A model generated the notes under the pieces. The model was given only the letters and a program-made list of their open reading frames with translations, ran no database searches and was not told the origin of the DNA. Of a stretch of DNA of 64,000 nucleotides, positions 29,036 to 38,229 are shown piece by piece. The DNA lies in NCBI GenBank assembly GCA_963770565.1, contig CAVYQE010000002.1, positions 224,001 to 288,000 of the forward strand, in the 5' to 3' direction. Origin of the DNA: an uncultured Actinomycetota bacterium (GTDB taxonomy: Bacteria; Actinomycetota; Actinomycetes; JAFAQI01). Position numbers and translations under genes: made by a program. The stretch's first letter is position 1, and each line of letters opens with the position of its first letter.

Positions 29036-30091
29036 CTAGCCGGTCAGGTAGGCGCGGAGCATCCGCTCGCATTCGCCGATCCGCGGTACGTCGACGTACT
29101 CCTCGCGGGTGTGCGCGAGGTTCGGATCGCCGGGCCCGAAGTTGACCGCCGGGATCCCGAGCGAGGCGAACCGGGCGACGTCGGTCCAGCCGAGCTTCGC
29201 GGTCGGCTCGCCGCCGATCGCGGCCAGGAAGTCCGCGGCGGCCGGCTCGCTCAGCCGGGGCGGCGCGGCCGGTGCGGAGTCGGTCAGCACGCACTCGAAC
29301 GGCGCGAGCAGCTCCTGCACGTGGGCCAGTGCCTCGGCCTCCGTGCGGTCCGGGGCGAACCGGTGGTTGACCGCGATCGTGCAGCGGTCGGGGACGACGT
29401 TGCCCGACACCCCGCCCTCGATCCGCACCGCGTTGAGGCCTTCGCGATATTCGCAGCCGTCGATGGTGACCTGGCGCGCTTCATACGCCGCGAGCCGGGT
29501 CAGCACCTCACCGGCCGCGTGGATCGCGTTCTTCCCCAACCACGAACGCGCCGAGTGGGCCCGCTTCCCGGTGCACACGACGAGCACTCGCAGCGTGCCC
29601 TGGCAGCCGGCCTCCACCCGGTTGGCGGTCGGTTCCATCAGCACCGCGAGGTCGGCCTCGAGCCAGCCCGGCTCGTTGCGGAGGACCCGGCCGAGCCCGT
29701 TGTGGGCGGCGTCGGTCTCCTCGTTGTCGTAGAACAGCCAGGTCACGTCGTGGCGAGGTTCGGCGACGGTCGCGGCGAGCCGCAGCATCACCGCCACCCC
29801 CGACTTCATGTCCGACGTCCCGCACCCGTACAACCGCTCGCCCTCCCGGCGACTCGGCACGTTGTCGGCGACCGGCACGGTGTCGAGATGGCCGGCGATG
29901 ACCACCCGCTGACCGTCCGACTTCGGGGTGCGCGCCATGATCGCGTCGCCGTCCCGCTCGACCGACAGATGCGGCTGGGCCCGCAGTGCCGTCTCCACCT
30001 CGTCGGCCAGCCTGGTCTCACCCCCCGACGGCGACGGCACATCCACAAGGGACGCGGTCAGCACGTCGCCGGGCAGGCTCAGGTCGATCAC
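29036..30091 (-). CDS. dapE: Succinyl-diaminopimelate desuccinylase
   Basis: AGHLDTVP, GTSDMKSG, YDNEE, HSARSW, GWTDVARF, AHTREE; divergent from dapD. Confidence 0.94.
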   Translation of the reverse strand: MIDLSLPGDVLTASLVDVPSPSGGETRLADEVETALRAQPHLSVERDGDAIMARTPKSDGQRVVIAGHLDTVPVADNVPSRREGERLYGCGTSDMKSGVAVMLRLAATVAEPRHDVTWLFYDNEETDAAHNGLGRVLRNEPGWLEADLAVLMEPTANRVEAGCQGTLRVLVVCTGKRAHSARSWLGKNAIHAAGEVLTRLAAYEARQVTIDGCEYREGLNAVRIEGGVSGNVVPDRCTIAVNHRFAPDRTEAEALAHVQELLAPFECVLTDSAPAAPPRLSEPAAADFLAAIGGEPTAKLGWTDVARFASLGIPAVNFGPGDPNLAHTREEYVDVPRIGECERMLRAYLTG

Positions 30092-30114
30092 GTCCCCCAC
30101 CGTAGGCTGACCGG

Positions 30115-31041
30115 GTGCCATTCCGCGACGAACCGGCCGCCGGGATCGGGTTGGCGACGTACGACGGCGCCGGTCGGGTGCTGGACGCCTGGTTTCCCAC
30201 CCCCGGTCTCGGCGCCGAGCCGGCGCCGCTTCCGATACCGCTCAAGCCCGCGGTCGACGAACTGCGCGCGGTCAAGGTCGAGCTGGTCGATGCGCGGATC
30301 GCCTCGCTCGCCGAGCCACCGGCCGACCCGGTCGATGCCTACCTGCGGCTGCACCTGCTCTCGCACCGGCTGATCCAGCCCAACCAGGCCAACCTCGAGG
30401 GCATCTTCGGGCTGCTGACGAACGTCGCGTGGACCTCGCTCGGCCCGGTGGCCGCCGAGGAGATCGAGTCGGTCCGGCTTCGGGCCCGGGCCGGCGGCGT
30501 ACGGGTCGAGGTCTTCGGGGTCGACAAGTTCCCGCGGATGACCGACTACGTCGTGCCGTCCGGCGTACGGATCGCCGACGCCGACCGGGTCCGGCTCGGC
30601 GCGCACCTCGCGCCCGGCACGACGGTCATGCACGAGGGGTTCGTGAACTTCAACGCCGGCACGCTCGGGACGTCGATGGTCGAGGGGCGGATCGCCGCCG
30701 GGGTAGTTATCGGCGACGGCACCGATGTCGGGGGCAGCGCGTCGATCATCGGCACGTTGTCGGGTGGCGGCCAGATCGTGGTCTCGATCGGCGAGCGCTG
30801 CCTGCTCGGTGCGAACTCCGGCATCGGGATCCCGCTCGGCGACGACTGCGTCGTCGAAGCCGGTTGCTACATCACCGCCGGCGCCAAGCTGCTGCTCCCG
30901 GACGGCCAGGTCGTCGCGGCCCGAGAACTCGCCGGGGTGAGCGGGATGACGTTCTGGCGCAACAGTCTCAACGGCACGCTCGAGGCTTGGCCCCGCAAGG
31001 GTTCGTGGGGAGGCCTCAACGCCGCGCTGCATGCGCAGTGA
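30115..31041 (+). CDS. dapD: Tetrahydrodipicolinate N-succinyltransferase
   Basis: DAYLRLHLLS, VDKFPRMTDYVVP, GTTVMHEGFVNFNAGTLG. Confidence 0.95.
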   Translation: MPFRDEPAAGIGLATYDGAGRVLDAWFPTPGLGAEPAPLPIPLKPAVDELRAVKVELVDARIASLAEPPADPVDAYLRLHLLSHRLIQPNQANLEGIFGLLTNVAWTSLGPVAAEEIESVRLRARAGGVRVEVFGVDKFPRMTDYVVPSGVRIADADRVRLGAHLAPGTTVMHEGFVNFNAGTLGTSMVEGRIAAGVVIGDGTDVGGSASIIGTLSGGGQIVVSIGERCLLGANSGIGIPLGDDCVVEAGCYITAGAKLLLPDGQVVAARELAGVSGMTFWRNSLNGTLEAWPRKGSWGGLNAALHAQ

Positions 31042-31517
31042 CCGCGGGCGACGACGGTCTGGTGATCGAGCCGGCCGATGCCGGGTCGTCGGAGTCCATC
31101 GCCCTCGTCGATGCCTATCTCGCGGAGATCAACGCCGGCTTCGGTCACCGGCCGGACGACCGTGATCCCAACAAGCCGGCAGACTTCAACCCGCCAAGAG
31201 GCATGTTCCTCGTCGTTCGCGACGAGACAGGCACAGCCGTCGGGTGCTGTGCACTGCGAATGCTCGATCCGACTACCGCCGAGATCAAGCGGATGTGGCT
31301 GGCCGACTCGATCCGCGGCCGTGGCATGGGCCGGCAACTGCTCGAGGCGATCGAGCAGATGGCGATCGACCTCGGCGCCAAGCGTGCCGTCCTCGACACG
31401 CACGAGTCGCTGACCCCAGCCATCTCGCTCTACGAACGGTCAGGCTTCGTCCGGGTGGAGCGCTACAACGCCAACGTTCAAGCCACGCATTGGTTCGCGA
31501 AGGACCTCATCGGCTGA
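31038..31517 (+). CDS. GNAT family N-acetyltransferase
   Basis: AEIKRMW, RGRGMGRQLL, AISLYERSGF; GTGA overlap with dapD. Confidence 0.88.
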   Translation: MTAGDDGLVIEPADAGSSESIALVDAYLAEINAGFGHRPDDRDPNKPADFNPPRGMFLVVRDETGTAVGCCALRMLDPTTAEIKRMWLADSIRGRGMGRQLLEAIEQMAIDLGAKRAVLDTHESLTPAISLYERSGFVRVERYNANVQATHWFAKDLIG

Positions 31518-31518
31518 G

Positions 31519-31965
31519 TCACCGAACTGCGTAGTACGGCGCTTCGAACGGCCACTCGGCCGCGAGCCATCCGCTGACCGCCTGCCAGAGTGGGACATCG
31601 AGCTCGGCGCGCGGCTCGGTGACCCACGACCGAACGCGTACGTCGTACCCTTCCTGCTTCGATGGGTAGAGGTAGACGCAGCCGATCGACGCGCCTGTGT
31701 CGACGTCGAGCACGGTGAAGGTGAAGCCGGCGCGGGTCGCGAAGTCCCGCGCATGCTCCTCGAGGTCACGCAGGTTGTCGGCCAGCGTCAATGACTCGTC
31801 CGGCCAGTCCCAGTCCGCGAAACCCGGCGTTGCCCGGATGTGCGGGACGCTGCCCATCCAGGCCATGTAGTCCGACTCGTTGTGCTGGGGCCCGAGTGGC
31901 TCGAGCCGGAAGTCTCCGGCGAACAACTCGGTCGGCGGGACGAAGCCGTCCGGGACGAACGCCAT
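31519..31965 (-). CDS. GNAT-like N-acetyltransferase
   Basis: LEPLGPQHNESD, FTFTVL, IGCVYLYP, VRSWV, WPF. Confidence 0.78.
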   Translation of the reverse strand: MAFVPDGFVPPTELFAGDFRLEPLGPQHNESDYMAWMGSVPHIRATPGFADWDWPDESLTLADNLRDLEEHARDFATRAGFTFTVLDVDTGASIGCVYLYPSKQEGYDVRVRSWVTEPRAELDVPLWQAVSGWLAAEWPFEAPYYAVR

Positions 31966-32002
31966 GCCCGACAGAGTGCCACGGCGGCGCTACCGTGCGC
32001 TG

Positions 32003-32146
32003 ATGGCACTGTGGCGGATCGAGATGACGACCCAGGACGTCGTGGCCCTCAGCCGGGGCATCGAGATCACAGTCACCGCGGTCGACGAGGAGCAGGAGCT
32101 TCCGGAGGACTCGATCGAGGTGACGGTCAGCCTCCTCGACCTGTGA
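32003..32146 (+). CDS. Small acidic hypothetical protein (47 aa)
   Basis: TACCGT -10 lies 6 nt before the ATG; high GC3 codon usage. Confidence 0.55.
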   Translation: MALWRIEMTTQDVVALSRGIEITVTAVDEEQELPEDSIEVTVSLLDL

Positions 32147-32262
32147 CCGGTCGAGCCACCCCGGTTCGCGTGTGAGCGCCGAGCCAGCGTTCTCAAACGG
32201 TTTGTGAACCGTTAGTGGTACTGGGCTACTGGCGAGCTCAGGTGATCGTTGCAACACCTTCG

Positions 32263-32781
32263 TTAGCAGAGCTGCGTCAGCACCCCGGTGTCGAGGTCGT
32301 AGCGGAAGCCGCCGACGACGACGTCCGCGAGGTATGGCCACGACCGCACTCGCTGCACGTCGAGCCTGACCGCTTCCTCCTGGTCAGGTGCGGTGAGGAA
32401 CGAGATGCTGCGAGTGTCGGGACCGCCCGCCGCGGCGATCGCATCGTGGACGTCGGCCTCGGTGCTCTCGGCCATCCGGCACTTGGTGTGCGCGATGATC
32501 ATCACCCGGTCGACGCCGAGCAGGTAGCGCGCCAACACCAGCGTGCGCAGTACGTCCTTCGTCGCGCGGGCACCGGCGTTGCGCAGGATCTTGGCATCAC
32601 CCGGCCGCAGACCGAGCATTCCCAGCGGCTCGATCCGTGAGTCCATACAGGTGACGACCGCGAGCCCCTTGGCGGCGTGCGCCGGAAGGCCGCCGTGCGC
32701 GAAGCTCGACGCGAACTGCGCGTTCGACGCGAGGACGTCGGCGAACGCCTCACCGGGCTGATCGGGCTGCTGGGGCGGCAC
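32263..32781 (-). CDS. Beta-class carbonic anhydrase
   Basis: VTCMDSRI, RNAGAR, HTKC zinc ligands; TAGGCT lies 7 nt before GTG 32781. Confidence 0.92.
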   Translation of the reverse strand: MPPQQPDQPGEAFADVLASNAQFASSFAHGGLPAHAAKGLAVVTCMDSRIEPLGMLGLRPGDAKILRNAGARATKDVLRTLVLARYLLGVDRVMIIAHTKCRMAESTEADVHDAIAAAGGPDTRSISFLTAPDQEEAVRLDVQRVRSWPYLADVVVGGFRYDLDTGVLTQLC

Positions 32782-32791
32782 GAACGGCAGC

Positions 32792-33331
32792 CTATTCGGC
32801 GCGCAAGAGCTGGTAGACGTACTCGGGCCCCTGGTCGGATGGGTCGGGTGAGTCGAGCTCGCCGGACCACATCCGGGTGAAGCCGGCCCGCTCGAGCACC
32901 CGCCACGAAGCCGGGTTGTCCTGCTGGACCGTGACGACAATCGACCGCACCGGCCGCCAGGCGAAGACCAGGTCGGCGAACGCCGAGATCGCCGCGGTGC
33001 CCAGACCGCGGCCGACCGCATCCGCCTCGCCGATCAGGTAGTCGATGCCGGCCGCGCCGGTGACATCGAGGATCCCGTCGAACACCGCCACCCACTCCGG
33101 CTCGTCGGCAAACAGGTAGCGCTGGATCATCCCCACCGGCCGGCCGAGCTCCTCGATCACGAACAGCTCGGTCGGATCCGCGCCGTCGATGCACGGGGCG
33201 TACTTCGCCTCGACCGCGTCGAGGTCGGCCGGCTCGCCGCGCCACCACTGGCTGACGTGCGGCTGGACGAGCCAGTGCGCGAGCAGCGGCAGGTCGGCGC
33301 GCACCATCGGGCGCAGTGCGATCGAGGTCAA
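32792..33331 (-). CDS. GNAT acetyltransferase, AAC(6')-Ib/siderophore acyltransferase-like
   Basis: WLVQPHVSQWW, GMIQ, GIDYLIGE..GRGLG, NPASWRVLERAGF; TTGA overlap with the dapC stop. Confidence 0.82.
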   Translation of the reverse strand: MTSIALRPMVRADLPLLAHWLVQPHVSQWWRGEPADLDAVEAKYAPCIDGADPTELFVIEELGRPVGMIQRYLFADEPEWVAVFDGILDVTGAAGIDYLIGEADAVGRGLGTAAISAFADLVFAWRPVRSIVVTVQQDNPASWRVLERAGFTRMWSGELDSPDPSDQGPEYVYQLLRAE

Positions 33332-34413
33332 GCGCGGGCCGCGTCGAGCCGCTCGACCGCAGCCGCGACCCGCTCGTCCGTCGCGGTCAGCGCGAACCGA
33401 ACGTGCTGCGCGCCGGCCGCGCCGTAGAACTCCCCGGGGGCGGCCAGGATGCCGAGCCCGGCGAGCCAGCTCACCGTGTCCCAGCACCCTTCGCCGCGGG
33501 TCGACCACAGGTAGAGCCCGGCGCCCGTGTCGTCGACGTCGAAGCCGGCCCGGGTCAACGCGGCGAGCAGGGTCGCCCGGCGCGCGGCGTAACGCTCGCG
33601 CTGCGCGATCACGTGCTCGTCATCGCCGAGCGCGGCGATGATCGCGACCTGGACCGGCTGCGGCACCAACATCCCGGCATGCTTGCGCACCTCATGCAGC
33701 TGGGCGATCAGCGCCGGGTCGCCGGCGACGAAGCCGGCCCGGTAGCCGGCCAGGTTCGACCGCTTCGACAGCGAGTGCACCGCCAGCAGACCGTCGTGCC
33801 GCCCGTCGCACACCTCGGGCGAGAGCACCGACAACGGCCGTTCGGCGCCGAAGTAGATGTCCGCGTAGCACTCGTCGCTAGCGATGACGGTGTCGCGCTC
33901 ACGGGCCCACTCGACCACCTTGCGCAGGTGCTCGCGCGGCAACACCCGCCCGGTCGGGTTGCCGGGCGAGTTCAGCCAGAGCAGGTCGAGCCGCTCCGGC
34001 CCGACCGAGACGGTCGCCTCCACCACGCTGCTGGACGCGCCGGCCAGCCGCGCCCCCACGTCGTACGTCGGATAGGCCAGGGCGGGGTAACCCACGCTCC
34101 GTGCCTCGAGCATCAACGGCATCCACGCGACCAGCTCCTTGGAGCCGATCAGCGGCAGCACCGCCTCCGGCGCGACGTCCGCGCCGAACCGCCGCTTGAT
34201 CCACGCCGAGACGGCCGCCCGCAGGTCGGGCGAGCCGGTGGTGAGCGGATAGCCGGGCGCGTCGGCGGCGCTCGCGAGCGCGCGCTGCACCAGGTCAGGC
34301 GTGGGATCGACCGGCGTGCCGATCGAGAGGTCGACGATCCCGCCGGGATGGGCTCGCGCCTTCTCGCCGTACGGCGCGAGGGTGTCCCAGGGGAAGTCGG
34401 GAAGCGAGATCAC
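33328..34413 (-). CDS. dapC: Succinyldiaminopimelate transaminase
   Basis: LPDFPWD, DLSIGTPVDP, GSKELVA, SDECY, SLSKRSNLAGYR. Confidence 0.94.
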   Translation of the reverse strand: MISLPDFPWDTLAPYGEKARAHPGGIVDLSIGTPVDPTPDLVQRALASAADAPGYPLTTGSPDLRAAVSAWIKRRFGADVAPEAVLPLIGSKELVAWMPLMLEARSVGYPALAYPTYDVGARLAGASSSVVEATVSVGPERLDLLWLNSPGNPTGRVLPREHLRKVVEWARERDTVIASDECYADIYFGAERPLSVLSPEVCDGRHDGLLAVHSLSKRSNLAGYRAGFVAGDPALIAQLHEVRKHAGMLVPQPVQVAIIAALGDDEHVIAQRERYAARRATLLAALTRAGFDVDDTGAGLYLWSTRGEGCWDTVSWLAGLGILAAPGEFYGAAGAQHVRFALTATDERVAAAVERLDAARA

Positions 34414-34754
34414 GCCTCTGCGTTTTCTCCCGCATGCTCGCCCATCGGGGGCAACGCGGCGACGAACGGGTGGTCCTTGTCGATCTTGCCGACCTTGGAC
34501 GCCCCGCCCGGCGAGCCGATGTCGTCGAAGAACTCGACGTTGGCCTTGTAGTAGTCCTTCCACTGCTCGGGCGTGTCGTCTTCGTAGAAGATCGCCTCAA
34601 CGGGACAGACCGGCTCGCAGGCTCCGCAGTCGACGCACTCGTCGGGGTGGATATAGAGCATGCGGGCGCCCTCGTAGATGCAGTCGACCGGGCATTCCTC
34701 GATGCATGACTTGTCGAGCAAATCCACGCACGGCTCGGCGATCACGTACGTCAC
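34410..34754 (-). CDS. fdxA: 7Fe ferredoxin
   Basis: MTYVIAEPCVD..DKSCIEECPVDCIY...CVDCGACEPVCP. Confidence 0.95.
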   Translation of the reverse strand: MTYVIAEPCVDLLDKSCIEECPVDCIYEGARMLYIHPDECVDCGACEPVCPVEAIFYEDDTPEQWKDYYKANVEFFDDIGSPGGASKVGKIDKDHPFVAALPPMGEHAGENAEA

Positions 34755-34836
34755 TGTTGCAATCCTCCTCGGGGGCTGCCGCTGTCCCTTCTAGTATCGC
34801 GATCACCCGATGCTGATGCGAACCCGGGAGCCGTGT

Positions 34837-35811
34837 GTGAGCTGGGGTCAACGGGAGCAACCCGCGCTCGGGACGACCGTAACGCTCCAGGTCTCGACGC
34901 CGGTAGGCCCGATCGGGGTGGTCGGCGTGCTCGTCGAGGCCGACGCGGAGACCTGGTCGATCCGCCGCCGCGACGGCTCGATCAGCACCGTGGCGGTCGC
35001 GTCGATCGCCGCCGGGCGAGTCGTACCGCCCTCCCGGGCGATGCGTGCCACCGTCTCCGAGGTCGAGCGGATAGCGGCGCTCGGCTGGCGCGGGCTCGAG
35101 ACCGAAGCGCTTGGCGAGTGGCTGCTGCGAGCCAGCGGAGGGTTCACCGGCCGGGCGAACTCAGCCCTTGCAATCGGCGATCCGGGCCTGCCGATCTCCT
35201 CAGCGGTGGATGCGGTCGAGTCCTGGTACGCCGCCCGCGGCCTACCGGCCCGCTTCCAACTCCCGGTCCGCGACGCCGCATCCGGGCTGGCCGATCTGCT
35301 CGACGCGGCCGGCTGGCACCGCTCACCGACCGTCCACGTCATGACCGCCGAGATCGGCCATGTCTTGCGGGCCGCGACCGGCTCGACCGATCTCGAGCTC
35401 CGCGTCGAGGACCGTCCGGACCGGTCCTGGCTAGCGTGCTACCGGCAGGACGGCGGCGCGCTGCCACCGGCGGCGCTCGAGGTGCTCACGAACCACCCGC
35501 ATGCTTGCTTCGCGTCGTACCGCGCTGATGGCAAAGCAGTGGCCATTGCGCGCGCCGCGGTCGACGACCGGTGGGCCGGGTTGTTCGCGGTCGAGGTCGC
35601 CCCCGACCTCCGCCGTCTCGGGCTCGGATCACAGGTGAGCGCCGCCGCGCTTCGCTGGGCCGGACAGCAGGGCGCGCGGCGGAGCTACCTGCAGGTCACG
35701 GCGGCGAACGGGCCGGCTATCACGCTCTACGAGCGGCTCGGGTTCGTCCGGCACCACGACTACGTCTACCGCTATCAAGACGCGCCGCCGGACGACCTCG
35801 CCGACTGCTAG
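34837..35811 (+). CDS. GNAT family acetyltransferase (Rv0428c-like)
   Basis: GEWLLRASGGFTGRANS, RRLGLG, YLQV, LYERLGF..HHDY. Confidence 0.85.
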   Translation: MSWGQREQPALGTTVTLQVSTPVGPIGVVGVLVEADAETWSIRRRDGSISTVAVASIAAGRVVPPSRAMRATVSEVERIAALGWRGLETEALGEWLLRASGGFTGRANSALAIGDPGLPISSAVDAVESWYAARGLPARFQLPVRDAASGLADLLDAAGWHRSPTVHVMTAEIGHVLRAATGSTDLELRVEDRPDRSWLACYRQDGGALPPAALEVLTNHPHACFASYRADGKAVAIARAAVDDRWAGLFAVEVAPDLRRLGLGSQVSAAALRWAGQQGARRSYLQVTAANGPAITLYERLGFVRHHDYVYRYQDAPPDDLADC

Positions 35812-35846
35812 GAGGCTGGCTGGCTCTCCATTCGCTCCACCAGGGT

Positions 35847-36422
35847 CTAGTGGCCGTCGGGGGTGACTCCTTCGAGTGAGGTGTAGTTAGCGACCGATCC
35901 AGGATCCGCAACGCCGCTGTCGTTGGGGGCGACGGCGTTGTCGCTCACGTCCAGGTAGCAGGTGTTCCCGACCGGACCGCAGATCATCGGAACGTCGACG
36001 TCGAGTTTCGCCGGCACGAGACCGGCCGGCAAGGTGAACGCGATCGTGCCTGATGTGCCGCTCTTGATCGCGCCACGAAGGTGGACGATGCCCTGCGCGT
36101 CGACCGCATACGCGGCCGGCCGCTCGACGAGGTCGCCGTAGTTCGTCCAGCCGTTCTCCAGAGTGACTGCGTGCCACTTCAGCGGCGGCAGTGTCTTTGC
36201 CTGCGTCGCGGTGGGCACCGCACTGAGCGTGGATTCCTTGATCTGGGCGCCTGTCACGGTGTTGGCCTTCAGCCGGTTTCCCGAGATCGAGTGCTTCTTG
36301 ATGGTGTTGCCGTTGATCAGGTGGCTCGCTTCGCGCCCCGCGGCAGGTGCGGCAAGGCCGACAACGAGGCCACCGGCGGCGAGCAGAAGCGCCGACGCCG
36401 CAGTCAAACGATGGGTACGCAT
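35847..36422 (-). CDS. Secreted hypothetical protein with phage-tail-tip-like C-terminal beta domain
   Basis: Signal peptide (..AAPAAG), short INGNTIKKHSISGNRLKANTVTGAQI repeats, then LENGW...GIVHLRG...AFTLPAG.P. Confidence 0.7.
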   Translation of the reverse strand: MRTHRLTAASALLLAAGGLVVGLAAPAAGREASHLINGNTIKKHSISGNRLKANTVTGAQIKESTLSAVPTATQAKTLPPLKWHAVTLENGWTNYGDLVERPAAYAVDAQGIVHLRGAIKSGTSGTIAFTLPAGLVPAKLDVDVPMICGPVGNTCYLDVSDNAVAPNDSGVADPGSVANYTSLEGVTPDGH

Positions 36423-36444
36423 GAGTGCTCCCCCAGCTCAGCGA

Positions 36445-37101
36445 ATGGATGGACGGACGGACGCTACCCACGGCCCGACAACTCGGTGGTCGAACGTTGC
36501 ACCACTGCTCGGCCTGTTGTTCATCGTGCTCGTGGTCGGATCGGTCGCGTTCGGCAATACGCCGAACACCAGCAAGTCACCCGCCGCGGTGCTGGCCTTC
36601 TACAACGCCAACCACGGTCGCGAATACACCTCTGCCTTTCTTGCCGCGCCCGCGGTGGTGATCGGGCTGTTCTGGTTCGCCTATCTGCGGAACTGGCTGC
36701 AGCGTGGGGACGTGAATGAGCGATGGGGCTCGATCGCGTTCGTCGGTGGCATCTTGTTCGCCGTCGTCGGTGGTATCGCCGTCGGCATCGAGCTCGCCCT
36801 CGTCGACACCCCGAAGTACCTCACTCCGGACACCGCGGCGGCGTTGAACTTCCTCGAGTCAGACGTGCCGTTCATCATCTCGTCGATGGCCTTCGGCGTC
36901 ATGGCGATCGCCACGGGCATCGCGGCGCTGAAGAGCCAGTACCTGCCGACCTGGCTGGGCTGGCTGAGCCTCGTGCTCGGCATCATTGCGGTGCTGCCGA
37001 TCGGCGACTTCTTCGCGCTGCCGGGCATCGGCGTGTGGGTGCTTCTCGTCGCGGGAGTGATGTGGTTCCGCAAGGACCCCGAAGGTGTGCTCGCTTCCTA
37101 G
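36445..37101 (+). CDS. Hypothetical membrane protein (DUF4386-like)
   Basis: About 6 TM segments, LPTWLGWLSLVLG. Confidence 0.7.
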   Translation: MDGRTDATHGPTTRWSNVAPLLGLLFIVLVVGSVAFGNTPNTSKSPAAVLAFYNANHGREYTSAFLAAPAVVIGLFWFAYLRNWLQRGDVNERWGSIAFVGGILFAVVGGIAVGIELALVDTPKYLTPDTAAALNFLESDVPFIISSMAFGVMAIATGIAALKSQYLPTWLGWLSLVLGIIAVLPIGDFFALPGIGVWVLLVAGVMWFRKDPEGVLAS

Positions 37102-37118
37102 CGAGCGTCCAACCCGGC

Positions 37119-38144
37119 CTAGGAGGCTGCCGGCACGAGGTCGAGCTGCCACTCCGACCAGTGCTCCATGAGCTCGAAGCCGAGCGCGACGTTCACCGCG
37201 ACCATGTAGCTGTTCTCGTCGGCGTTCCAGGTGTTGAGATAGCGCACTTCCGGATGGAGCGCACGGAGCTGCCGCAGGTTGGCGATCTTCAGCAGCAGCC
37301 CGAGCCGGTGGCCGCGATGATCTGACCGCACGACCGTGTCCCACTGGTATCCGACCGTCGCCCCGCCGCACGGCAGCCCCATGCTGGTGAAGCCGACCAG
37401 CGTGCCGCTGTCGTCGTGGCGGGCGGCGACCACGAGTTGCTCGCGACGTCGATCGATCAGCGACTGCTCGTGCGCCCGGTAGCGGTCGGCGCCCCATCGC
37501 TCGGGCTCGAGCTGCAGGTCGCCCTGTGGGGGGTCGGTGCTCATCAGGACTCGAAGGTCCGCCATCTGCGGGACCAGTTCGGCCGGGGTGTGGCGACCCC
37601 ACGCGACGGTCGAGTAGCCGGTCGCGGCGGCCTGCGCGTCGGCCCAGAGCTCGGCGTACCGCTCCTCGAACGGTCCGGCCAGGTCGAGCCGGCGACGAGC
37701 CTCGCTGGTCTTGCGCACCGCGCCGAGCGACTCGGCAAAGGACTCACCGGCCGTTTGCTGCTGACCCTCGGCCGCGCGCGGGATCTCGAACAGGACGGTA
37801 CGCCGTCCGGACCCGGCCAGGTCCTGGAGCATCGCGGCGAGGGCGGCTCGGCCGTAGCCGCGGCGGCGGTGTTCGGGATGCACTCGCAGGTCGACGGTCG
37901 CGAGGCTCAGGTTGTCGTACACAGGCATTCGGGCGAGCCCGGCGACGACCGCGGTCCCCGCCACGACGCCGAGGTGCAGGGCGATGTCCTCGTCGCCGAC
38001 CCGGCCGTTGAGGACCGGGCGGAACTCGTCGATCGGGTCGACCGGCAGCGCGACGAAGTCCGCGGCAAGGCTCGCCGCGGACACCGCATGCCAGTCACGC
38101 AGGCCGGCGTCGTCCCTGACCCGGGACATCACGAGACCGCTCAC
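37119..38144 (-). CDS. Tandem GNAT acetyltransferase
   Basis: VHPEHRRRGYG and TVVRSDHRGHRLGLLLK, TWNADEN..M..VN..LGF. Confidence 0.88.
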   Translation of the reverse strand: MSGLVMSRVRDDAGLRDWHAVSAASLAADFVALPVDPIDEFRPVLNGRVGDEDIALHLGVVAGTAVVAGLARMPVYDNLSLATVDLRVHPEHRRRGYGRAALAAMLQDLAGSGRRTVLFEIPRAAEGQQQTAGESFAESLGAVRKTSEARRRLDLAGPFEERYAELWADAQAAATGYSTVAWGRHTPAELVPQMADLRVLMSTDPPQGDLQLEPERWGADRYRAHEQSLIDRRREQLVVAARHDDSGTLVGFTSMGLPCGGATVGYQWDTVVRSDHRGHRLGLLLKIANLRQLRALHPEVRYLNTWNADENSYMVAVNVALGFELMEHWSEWQLDLVPAAS

Positions 38145-38229
38145 GTGACCGTGCTTAGCAGGTCTTTACGCGACCCCGCCACCCGATATCAGGTGGCCGC
38201 ACCACGACGCCGATCGGTAACGTCGAACC

